Below are positions 17,678 to 25,040 of a stretch of DNA of 25,943 nucleotides, one piece after another. Each line of letters starts with the position of its first letter. Position 1 is the first letter of the stretch. The notes beneath the pieces are model-generated. The model was not told the DNA's origin. It ran no database searches and saw only the letters and a program-made list of their open reading frames with translations. Source of the DNA: a virus (Duplodnaviria; Caudoviricetes). The stretch is from positions 1 through 25,943 of IMG/VR virus record IMGVR_UViG_3300030207_002135; one strand, written 5' to 3'. The position numbers were made by a program, and so were the translations under genes.

Positions 17678-19015
17678 TTAATAAAGCCTAATTCCAGTTT
17701 TACGACCAACGTTCATGTGTAAAGGATTAAACAGACGCCAAGTAATATATCCTAGAGCATCATTCATGTGGTCATAACCGGCGTCTTTATCTGGTTCGCC
17801 TTTATCATTATAACTTTGGAGTTCTAAACACTCTATTAACCTAACCGCTTTTTTACTAATCATCATTTTACTTTCTCCTTTACCGTTTAAGAGCATTCCT
17901 TGTACTGAGTTTACTCTATCTCTTATCGCAGGGTTGGAAAGAGCGGACTGATTTAAAAACCCGTAACTTTCTAAAATCTGGATATCGGTTCTCGAAGCAT
18001 TCGTGCTTCTGTTTCCGCCTGAAGCGTCAGGATAGACATATATTTTATTAAACGGATATCTCGCTTTAATTTCTTGAGCGATAGAGTCGGTGTCGTGACT
18101 TTTTGCGATTTCATCTATAACTATAAATTTATTTCCCGCCGCTATACCTATTACTGCGTTCATGTTTCCGATATTAAAATCTATCCCAACTCGGATAGGC
18201 TCATGTTCATTAATAACGGGGTCGGTTTCTAAAACGTGTATATTTCGATCAAACTTATCGTAGACTTGTCCGGTAGTTAAATTGCAGAAGTTACCGTTTA
18301 AGTATGCTTGGATAAGTTGCGGCGGATAGTTTTCTAGGAGCGAATCTATAAAACCTTCGGGAAGGTAAGGATTATCAGATGTTTTTGCTTTTATTAACCG
18401 AGTATCTTCTTTAGCGTTTTTTTCAAAAGTATCAAACGCCCAAGAATGTCCTTCGGGAGTAGTAGTAGCATAAAACTGCTGAACATCGCCCGACCTTAGT
18501 CTAGCAAGTGCCATGTTCATAGCTTGTTCGGCGTCACGCTTGTTAACCGTATCGGCTTCATCGAAACCAACGGCACATAAGTTTTGTCCACGCAAACGTT
18601 GGTAAGTTAATATCGTTCTAAGCAAAATAGTATGAACGCCTTCTTTAAATTGAAGTTGATACTCCGGAAGTGGACTCGCTCTAAAAGTAAAAGGTATTTC
18701 CCAAAGCTCTAAAAGTTCATTCATGGTACGCATAAGAATATCCCTTAACATGGGAGCCGTCGGCTCGAAAATAGCACTAATGCAACCAACATTCATAGAA
18801 GCTAAAATAATACTTTTACTAACGAGGGCATAAGTCTTACCGGCTCCAAACCCGCAAACTAAAGCTAATTTTCTGTGGTCTATATCTTCACAAAACTTTT
18901 GTTGGTGCGGTAGTAAATCTTTAGTAACTCTTTCCTGTACTTCGGCGACTTCCGGTAATTTATATTGCCCTTCGCCGTATAAAATGTTTCCTTTTACTCT
19001 TTGGCAAATAGTCAT
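17678..19015 (-). CDS. terL: Terminase large subunit
   Basis: Walker A GFGAGKT, Walker B VGFDEAD, TTTPEG coupling motif, nuclease GIDFN and DHMNDALGY. Confidence 0.96.
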   Translation of the reverse strand: MTICQRVKGNILYGEGQYKLPEVAEVQERVTKDLLPHQQKFCEDIDHRKLALVCGFGAGKTYALVSKSIILASMNVGCISAIFEPTAPMLRDILMRTMNELLELWEIPFTFRASPLPEYQLQFKEGVHTILLRTILTYQRLRGQNLCAVGFDEADTVNKRDAEQAMNMALARLRSGDVQQFYATTTPEGHSWAFDTFEKNAKEDTRLIKAKTSDNPYLPEGFIDSLLENYPPQLIQAYLNGNFCNLTTGQVYDKFDRNIHVLETDPVINEHEPIRVGIDFNIGNMNAVIGIAAGNKFIVIDEIAKSHDTDSIAQEIKARYPFNKIYVYPDASGGNRSTNASRTDIQILESYGFLNQSALSNPAIRDRVNSVQGMLLNGKGESKMMISKKAVRLIECLELQSYNDKGEPDKDAGYDHMNDALGYITWRLFNPLHMNVGRKTGIRLY

Positions 19016-19335
19016 GTAATTAAAGCAGCTAAACGAGCCATAGCATTAGTAGCCCCTAAAGCTATATGAAGTTGACCCGTTCTTCTAGCTTCCATGTGTA
19101 TAGATGAATACTGCGTAAGAATAACCGCCATAAGTTCCGGTCTTTCTATGTTCCAGTCTCCCTTAAATTGTTCCCTTACTTTCATTAAATATCTATCTAC
19201 GGTTCGCTCTGATACCCCCCAGTTTTCCGCCGCATATCGTATACAATCCGAACGCTTACCTCCGTTAGCAATAATCCTTCCTAATCTTGCTACTCGCATT
19301 TCTACTTCTGCTTGCGTGGTTTTATCGGCTGCCAA
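19012..19335 (-). CDS. Putative terminase small subunit
   Basis: 107 aa, TTG start, HTH-like WGVSERTVDRY, ATGA overlap with terL. Confidence 0.7.
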   Translation of the reverse strand: MAADKTTQAEVEMRVARLGRIIANGGKRSDCIRYAAENWGVSERTVDRYLMKVREQFKGDWNIERPELMAVILTQYSSIHMEARRTGQLHIALGATNAMARLAALIT

Positions 19336-19381
19336 AATAAAATATGATTTATTAACAGGTTAGCTTATTAATTCTAAAAGT

Positions 19382-21490
19382 TTAAATTATTTCGTTTTCT
19401 TCTATAAATGCAGAAGGGTCGGCGAACTCACAAAGTCCACATTTTTGTGTAGCTAGGGAGGGGTCGCCTTTAACAAAAATTAAAACGTTTTGATGTGTTT
19501 TTCCAAGCTTTCTAGATTTAGTAAAACCGTTGCCGCAGCGTAAAGGTAAGCTTCCAACCATAGTAATAAGTATCGCTTCGTTGTAATAACTTAAACCGGC
19601 TTTAGTAAAAGCTTCTATAGTTTCACTTACAAAGTTATAATACGTTCCGTCTTTTTTTCTTACTTCCCCTACTACGAAACAAGCAAAACTATTTTCATTA
19701 AGAAGGTCGCAACTTTTTTTAATAATATCGGAATAATTTTCTTTAAACGCTTCGAAAGACATATTAGAAAGATCGTTTGGGTCTTTGCTATAAACCTCTA
19801 AATCAACATATGGCGGACATGAGAAAATTAAGTCGGCTTTTTCGGTAACTAAATTATCTATATTTTGACTATTACCTGTAATCCATTTAGGTTGGTTGGT
19901 TTTTACCGGTAACGAGGTTTGCCTTATACCTACTACCCATAAAAGATCGCCTTTTTCTATAAACTTTATACACTTTGCTTCATATACGGGGTCTAAGGTT
20001 AAACCATAAAAATTATTATCTTTTTCATGTTGGTGATAATCTAAATCACTAGAAACTAACGTAACCATAGAAGCCCAGTTTTTTGGTGCATATTTATTTA
20101 ATCTATCGGTAGGGTCGGCTCCTACTCTTACACCTAAAACCGGAATATTTAAATTATTTTCTTTAAGGCCATGTAATAAACCAGATAAGGACATACCGGA
20201 ACCAACGGGAATAACTATACGTTTAGTATTAGAGGGAATATTTTTAACTTGGTTTTTAGTAGCTTCTACTGCTTCACAACATTCCATTCCGAAAGGTATT
20301 TCTTTAAAACCTTGTTCTATTGCGTCATCTTTAGCTCTTTTAATTATTACGCTGTTATAGCCAGCTTTATGTTGTATAACTTCCGCTCCTATATTTTTTG
20401 CGGCTTCTACTTCCGGACTTAATTTTCCTTCGGGCGTATGTACTCTACAAGGTATCCCTAGTTCTTTAGCTATATGAGCGACTATATTTACTTGCGGACT
20501 TTCCCTACTTCCGGCGGTTACTAAACCTTTAGCGTTTTGGGCTAAATAATAACAAGTTCTAACTTTTCCTCCATTTACACCATTAACGGCAAATAAATCA
20601 TCTCTTTTTACAAAATATTCGCCAACTTTTTCTATCGGAGTTAGATCATCATAGTTTCTATAAGTATTAGCGAAATAATCCTCTTTATAGTCTAAAAGGT
20701 CTACAGCTTGTACTTTATTAGCTTCTACTTGTTCTTTTCTAAGGTCTACCCCGATATATTTTCTTCCTAAAATAGCGGCAACAATACCTCTAACACTTCC
20801 CCCAGCAAAGGGGTCTAATATAACGGAATTAGTATTACTAAACCAACGATAAATAAGTTCAGTTATTACGGGGTCGAAGACGGAAGTAGAACCTCCGGCG
20901 GACATTATTCTTTTTCCTACATCGCCTTTACTAATATTGTAAGTAAGTTCTTCTTCCCTACCTACTTCCGATTTAATTCCTAAATCTAACCATAGTTTTT
21001 TTCGGTTTTGCCACCACCCTTCCCTAGCATTTAAAACGCTAAAAGGAGGAACGCCAAACCTATCTTTTAATATTCCACTAGCTTCTCTTTTAGGTTTTTC
21101 GCTTAAATCATTTAAATCTTTATTATCGAACCAATCTGAAATATCATGTTCTTCAGATAACATTTCTAACATTTCATTATCCCATTCGGATAAATCGCTA
21201 GAGCGGTTATCGGCTAAAGCCAAACCAACTTTTTCATCTTCAGATAAACCGGTTCTTTTTACGGCTATTATTTCACGACCATCGGTTTCTATCACTCTTA
21301 CGTTTTCTAAACCGGCTTTTTTTGCCCCTTCTATAGTTCCGTTACCGGCTAATATTCTATTATTTTCATCTATAACGATAGAACGAGCGGCTCCAAATTT
21401 TTCTAAGGACTTTTGTATTAATGAAGCAGAACGGTCGGTTCTTTTACGAGCATTTTTATGGTCGCCTTTTAGATCATTAATTTTAGTCAT
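19382..21490 (-). CDS. ParB-like domain + amino-DNA methyltransferase interrupted by a PLP-dependent fold-type II domain
   Basis: aa ~1-125 ParB/Srx-like (IVIDENNRILAGNG, LALADNR). aa ~140-265 SAM-binding half (ILDPFAGG, YIGVDL). aa ~280-525 PLP enzyme (LTPIE, VKRDD, GGKVR, PVGSGMS, LDPVYEAK). aa ~533-680 catalytic half (DLIFSCPPY). Confidence 0.85.
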   Translation of the reverse strand: MTKINDLKGDHKNARKRTDRSASLIQKSLEKFGAARSIVIDENNRILAGNGTIEGAKKAGLENVRVIETDGREIIAVKRTGLSEDEKVGLALADNRSSDLSEWDNEMLEMLSEEHDISDWFDNKDLNDLSEKPKREASGILKDRFGVPPFSVLNAREGWWQNRKKLWLDLGIKSEVGREEELTYNISKGDVGKRIMSAGGSTSVFDPVITELIYRWFSNTNSVILDPFAGGSVRGIVAAILGRKYIGVDLRKEQVEANKVQAVDLLDYKEDYFANTYRNYDDLTPIEKVGEYFVKRDDLFAVNGVNGGKVRTCYYLAQNAKGLVTAGSRESPQVNIVAHIAKELGIPCRVHTPEGKLSPEVEAAKNIGAEVIQHKAGYNSVIIKRAKDDAIEQGFKEIPFGMECCEAVEATKNQVKNIPSNTKRIVIPVGSGMSLSGLLHGLKENNLNIPVLGVRVGADPTDRLNKYAPKNWASMVTLVSSDLDYHQHEKDNNFYGLTLDPVYEAKCIKFIEKGDLLWVVGIRQTSLPVKTNQPKWITGNSQNIDNLVTEKADLIFSCPPYVDLEVYSKDPNDLSNMSFEAFKENYSDIIKKSCDLLNENSFACFVVGEVRKKDGTYYNFVSETIEAFTKAGLSYYNEAILITMVGSLPLRCGNGFTKSRKLGKTHQNVLIFVKGDPSLATQKCGLCEFADPSAFIEENEII

Positions 21491-21969
21491 TTAGGAAAAG
21501 AAAACATTTTATCTATTTTACCTAATTCTTCTTTTACGACTTTTATATAATAAGGCGTTTCTATCTTTTCGCCTTTAGATTGCCTTAAACGTAAATTATT
21601 CATCTCTTTAACAGTAGCTTCCCATTGTTTTTTTCTATCTATATGTATTTGGCGTATCTTATCTTTTTCTAACTCAAAACCTAAAGCTTGCATATCGCCA
21701 TATTGATTTTGTACGGTTCTAATATTTCCGTTGGCATCTCTAAAACCGCTTCTTTCATCGTTTCCGTGTGCGGCTTTACAATGACAGATAATAGCTAAAT
21801 CTTGCCCGCCCCTTATTTTACCTTCGGGGCTTCTATCATAATCTGGGATAATTAAATTAATAGCAGCATCGGCGTTAGATACTATACCGCTATCATTACA
21901 AGCAAAACATTCTACTTTTGGGGCGTAAAATGTAGAGTCTCTATCTACTGAGGTTCTTCGGTAAAACAT
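21487..21969 (-). CDS. Hypothetical Zn-binding protein, possibly a replication partner
   Basis: CFAC...CHC Cys pattern; directly downstream of the initiator gene. Confidence 0.55.
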   Translation of the reverse strand: MFYRRTSVDRDSTFYAPKVECFACNDSGIVSNADAAINLIIPDYDRSPEGKIRGGQDLAIICHCKAAHGNDERSGFRDANGNIRTVQNQYGDMQALGFELEKDKIRQIHIDRKKQWEATVKEMNNLRLRQSKGEKIETPYYIKVVKEELGKIDKMFSFPK

Positions 21970-21978
21970 TGTTCGGGG

Positions 21979-22767
21979 TTAAAAAGGTAATTCGCTCGAC
22001 TTATCTTTAGTCGGCTGTTTGTTTACAATAACGTCTTTTTTAGAAGTTGCCAACTCTACAAATTGTTCATATTGGCCGTTTTTAATCCATCTAAAACAAT
22101 CTGGAAACATTGGAACCCAATCTCCCTTTCTAGCCTTTTTAGTTCTTTGTTTTAAATCTAAGTCTAAATAATCCTCTAATTTATCTTTTACTTTTGGTTC
22201 TAGTTTTTTCCAAGCTTCAAAAGCTGGTTTCTTTGATTGGCTAACAGATTTATCAAAGTTCATTTTTGTATATTTAAACCAAAAAGAGTTAAAAGCTTCA
22301 GAATATTCTTTTTTATTTTTTTTATTTAGTTTATTTGTATCTAGTTTTATTGAATCTTGTTTGGGTGCAGCATTTGCTATGGGGGTATGCAGGGTTTGCG
22401 TAGGGGGCATAGCATTTGGTGCGGGGGTGCAGGATTTGCCACCCCTATGGATACTGGGTTCTGGAACGTTTACTAAGTGCCAAACGGTTACTTTATAAAG
22501 GTTAGATTTTTGTTCTCCGTTATTTCCTCGTTGGTAAAATCTTTCTAAATAACCTAAAGCAACTAATTGGTTAACAACGCATTGGGCTGTTCTTTTACTA
22601 ATACAGGCAAACTTAGCTATAGAGGAAAGTGAGGGATAACAAGTTTGATCTTCTTTACTTGCATAACTTTGTATAACCCAAAGAACGGCTAGTTGATTCG
22701 GCTGTAATTTACCTCTAAGATTAGTTGGCAAAGCTGTGAAAGGATATCCCTGCGGATTAAATGACAT
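21979..22767 (-). CDS. Replication initiator with N-terminal HTH
   Basis: CYPSLSSIAKFACISKRTAQCVVNQLVALGYL HTH, SNLY, repeat-encoded linker, C-terminal FNSFWFKY...AFEAWKKL...RWIKNGQYE. Confidence 0.8.
   Translation of the reverse strand: MSFNPQGYPFTALPTNLRGKLQPNQLAVLWVIQSYASKEDQTCYPSLSSIAKFACISKRTAQCVVNQLVALGYLERFYQRGNNGEQKSNLYKVTVWHLVNVPEPSIHRGGKSCTPAPNAMPPTQTLHTPIANAAPKQDSIKLDTNKLNKKNKKEYSEAFNSFWFKYTKMNFDKSVSQSKKPAFEAWKKLEPKVKDKLEDYLDLDLKQRTKKARKGDWVPMFPDCFRWIKNGQYEQFVELATSKKDVIVNKQPTKDKSSELPF
22300..22440. repeat. Putative replication origin: four iteron-like repeats plus AT-rich tract
   Basis: Imperfect GGGGGTGCAG(C/G)ATTTGC repeats at about 22363, 22381, 22403 and 22423, next to an A/T tract at about 22300-22352. 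Confidence 0.7.
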
Positions 22768-23186
22768 TTTATAATTTCCTCGTTAATGGAATAGAACCGG
22801 CTCCGCAAGGGAGTAAAACTTATCTAGGTCGGGGTCGAATGATCGAATCATGTAAGCGAGTAAAATCATGGCGGGGGTTAGTTAATAAAGTTGCTCGGAA
22901 ATTCATTAAAGAACCTTTTAGGGGAGCTTGCGAGGTTGTGTTAGTATTCAAACTTAAACGCCGTAAAGATCATTTTAACAGTAAAGGCGAAGTAAAAAAT
23001 AACGCTCCTAAACAATACTTAGTTAAAAGAAACGACTTAGATAAGTTAGTACGCTCTACTTTAGACGCTCTTAGCGGGGTTGCATACCTAGATGATTGCC
23101 AAGTAATAAAAGTTATAGCGAGTAAAGAATATGCCGATAATGAAAAAGAAGTTGGAGCAAATATATCCATAAACGAGATAATTTAA
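22761..23186 (+). CDS. rusA: RusA-family Holliday junction resolvase
   Basis: PAPQGSK, NDLDKLVRSTLDALSGVAYLDDCQV, KEY motifs. Confidence 0.92.
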   Translation: MTFYNFLVNGIEPAPQGSKTYLGRGRMIESCKRVKSWRGLVNKVARKFIKEPFRGACEVVLVFKLKRRKDHFNSKGEVKNNAPKQYLVKRNDLDKLVRSTLDALSGVAYLDDCQVIKVIASKEYADNEKEVGANISINEII

Positions 23187-23273
23187 TCAGGGGATAGATC
23201 GGAAACCCCGCTTCCGCCCTGCCATTACAGCTTTCAGCCTTCCGTGTATCTCAAGGCATCAGGCTCCCTGACT
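23185..23273 (-). ncRNA. Candidate structured RNA / leader element (~89 nt), family not recognised
   Basis: GC-rich island with paired ends (AGTCAGGG / CCCTGATT) and internal stems GCCTT/AAGGC, CTGT/GCAG and GGAAGC/GTTTCC. Starts 6 nt after a TATAAT. Confidence 0.65.
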
Positions 23274-23279
23274 ATCTAA

Positions 23280-23285
23280 ATTATA
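23280..23285 (-). promoter_or_regulatory. Consensus -10 box
   Basis: TATAAT on the minus strand between the terminator and the structured RNA; no good -35 seen. Confidence 0.6.
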
Positions 23286-23295
23286 CTATAAAGCT

Positions 23296-23323
23296 AAAAA
23301 AAAGCTGCCCCCGTAGGAGCAGC
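23296..23323 (-). terminator. Rho-independent terminator
   Basis: GCTGCTCC-TACG-GGGGCAGC followed by T8, just after the stop of 23330..23782. Confidence 0.9.
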
Positions 23324-23329
23324 GAGTAT

Positions 23330-23782
23330 TTATCTTTTTATGTAATACCCATAAACGCAACGTGTTCCCATTCGGGAGCAATCATAGGTATCGTTAAGAA
23401 CTCCGTCTATAACGGCGGTACTATGCCGGCTCACGCTACATACTAATCTACCTTTCGGAAGTTCATCTTCATCTAGATGTACTTTGCAGCCCGAACCGAT
23501 TTGCATGGTAGGAACCCATTCAAAACCAAGCTCTTTCATGTAATCCTTAAACCATTTACGAGTAGTATTTATGCCGTGCGAGGCAGTTTTTACTCCGTTC
23601 TTTTTTAGCCCTCGAGTTCTTTTAGTAACTCTTTGGTTTGCGTTTCCTTCGGCCAACCGGTCGTAAACTTCTTTATATGGAAGTCCGGAGGCTATAGCTA
23701 CAGCCCGAGCAACGCAGTCTCCGGTCTTACCTTTAAAACCGGCTTCGGCTCTACCGCCGTCGTTGTAAGTAAAATTAATCAT
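23330..23782 (-). CDS. Conserved-type phage hypothetical protein
   Basis: 150 aa; YNDGGRAEAGFKG..GDCVARA, RHSTAVIDG, CVYGYY. Confidence 0.8.
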   Translation of the reverse strand: MINFTYNDGGRAEAGFKGKTGDCVARAVAIASGLPYKEVYDRLAEGNANQRVTKRTRGLKKNGVKTASHGINTTRKWFKDYMKELGFEWVPTMQIGSGCKVHLDEDELPKGRLVCSVSRHSTAVIDGVLNDTYDCSRMGTRCVYGYYIKR

Positions 23783-23800
23783 AATATGCGGGGTTAAGAA

Positions 23801-23816
23801 GCCCCCCGAAGGGGGC
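23801..23816 (-). terminator. Stable UUCG hairpin (weak terminator or processing/stability element)
   Basis: GCCCCC-TTCG-GGGGGC followed by only TTCTT, between two co-oriented genes. Confidence 0.5.
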
Positions 23817-23823
23817 GTATATC

Positions 23824-24210
23824 TTACGAGCTAAATTTCTCGTAATCGAAGTCTGTTTCTGATGTTTTACCAATCATAACTATCGGATTAGAGCCAACTT
23901 TTTGGCTTATTTGCCAAACGTTAGCGTCTGTAAAATACGAGTAGTTTTGGTTATCAAGTAAAACTTGATATAAAGTTAACCCGTCTTCTTCTTTGTAATC
24001 CAAAGTTCCTTTTACGGAAAGTTGAGTATCGAAAGAGTTCCTTCCGGAGTTGTGATCGGCAAGCCAAGCTACAGTAACTTCTTTGCCTTTATGTGGTTTT
24101 AAATTAGTCGAAACCAATTTATTATTACCTTCAGTCTTACAGCAAAAAGGTGCTTCAAACTGAGTAATAGCAAGGCATGAGTTGCCTTGATGAAAACCAT
24201 CTAGTTTCAT
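23824..24210 (-). CDS. Hypothetical protein
   Basis: Probable start at ATG 24210 (MKLDGF, 128 aa). The 24252 ATG lies at the predicted transcription start and 5' hairpin. Confidence 0.65.
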   Translation of the reverse strand: MKLDGFHQGNSCLAITQFEAPFCCKTEGNNKLVSTNLKPHKGKEVTVAWLADHNSGRNSFDTQLSVKGTLDYKEEDGLTLYQVLLDNQNYSYFTDANVWQISQKVGSNPIVMIGKTSETDFDYEKFSS

Positions 24211-24235
24211 AATATTCAGATGTCGAGGTACAAAC

Positions 24236-24373
24236 GAGGATCTCTCCTCCATTCAACAATAACATACTTTAGCCTAATTACTACCCCCCTTGTACCACTT
24301 TTATTTCTGGCTACTTTTACTGGCGGTAGTATTAAGGCTAATATAATATTGAAATATACGAGGCGGAGACGCC
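24236..24373. promoter_or_regulatory. Divergent promoter region with inverted 17-bp elements
   Basis: Plus: TTTACT-17 nt-TAATAT (24339-24344). Minus: TGT-TATTGT. GGTAGTAWTWAGGCTAA at 24325-24341 (+) and 24285-24269 (-). One GAGA-loop hairpin downstream on each side. Confidence 0.65.
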
Positions 24374-24390
24374 CGCAACCCCCGAAAACA

Positions 24391-24714
24391 ATGACTAGGA
24401 CTTACGACCTAACAGAAAAAGAAGCTAGATTAACCGAAGCCGGAGAAATCAGCTACGAGTACTTTCAAGAAGAAGAAGGTTACGGAAACTGCGACGGCGA
24501 CCCTGCTTGCTTCTGCTTTACTTTACAAGAAGGTATGGAGGCCGGTTTTACAAAACATCAAGTAGCCGGTTTAATAAGCAGCTTAGAAGCTAAAGGAGTT
24601 ATAGACATAGAACATAGAGATCCCGTAGTAGAAGGACCCGATTTATTTTGGCTTAACGAAAGCTTCGTAAACTTCATAGCTAGACAAAACATCGCTAAAA
24701 AGGAGGCAAAATAA
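24391..24714 (+). CDS. Hypothetical acidic protein, possible winged-helix fold
   Basis: Likely start ATG 24391 (MTRTYDL, 107 aa); GFTKHQVAGLISSLEAKGVID resembles a wHTH recognition helix and wing. Confidence 0.65.
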   Translation: MTRTYDLTEKEARLTEAGEISYEYFQEEEGYGNCDGDPACFCFTLQEGMEAGFTKHQVAGLISSLEAKGVIDIEHRDPVVEGPDLFWLNESFVNFIARQNIAKKEAK

Positions 24715-25040
24715 TGACCGCAACTTTACAAACACTTCTCGGCGACCTTAAAAGGGAAACCGAGAACCTTTACAGGTTTTTAGAAGCCCAGACCGAAAGA
24801 ATTAACGGTTTACATCACGCAACAACAGGCAAAGCAAGCGAAATACTTGCGGCGGAAGTTAGAGCAACTTTAGAGTTAGCTTTACACCGAGAAGGCAAAC
24901 TTCTTAGAAGCGAAACAAACGAGATAGTTTCTAGGATAGATAACATTAACTGGCAAATTAGAGATTTATGCAGCTTAAGCCTTAATAAAGAGCTAGATGC
25001 TGTAAAAATTACTGAAGCTTTAAAAAGGGAGGCAAAGTAA
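24714..25040 (+). CDS. Hypothetical helical protein
   Basis: 108 aa; GGAGG Shine-Dalgarno and TAATG coupling. Confidence 0.75.
   Translation: MTATLQTLLGDLKRETENLYRFLEAQTERINGLHHATTGKASEILAAEVRATLELALHREGKLLRSETNEIVSRIDNINWQIRDLCSLSLNKELDAVKITEALKREAK

Noticed and set aside
4125-19363. Other plus-strand ORFs in the structural region (4125, 4769, 9375, 11823, 11944, 14410, 19094)
   Set aside because: All are antisense to recognisable genes and have no protein-like motifs.
19915-20650. Insert in the methyltransferase as an intein or homing endonuclease
   Set aside because: No Cys/Ser start with a His-Asn end and no LAGLIDADG or HNH motifs. The motifs match a PLP enzyme instead.
22363-22440. 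Mini-CRISPR array
   Set aside because: Repeats are degenerate, about 20 nt apart with no spacers, and lie in coding sequence. An iteron origin fits better.
22970-23170. 66-aa minus-strand ORF within rusA
   Set aside because: Looks like an antisense shadow of rusA. It could lie on the proposed leader transcript, but nothing supports translation.
23185-23273. Calling the structured RNA a hammerhead ribozyme, TPP riboswitch or tRNA
   Set aside because: It has CUGAUGC rather than CUGANGA and no UH cleavage site, UGAAA rather than UGAGA with no TPP 3' half, and no TTCRA T-loop or cloverleaf.
24220-24390. N-terminal extension of the 164-aa plus-strand ORF
   Set aside because: Crosses the divergent promoter elements. 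ATG 24391, preceded by the AACCCC motif, is the more plausible start.
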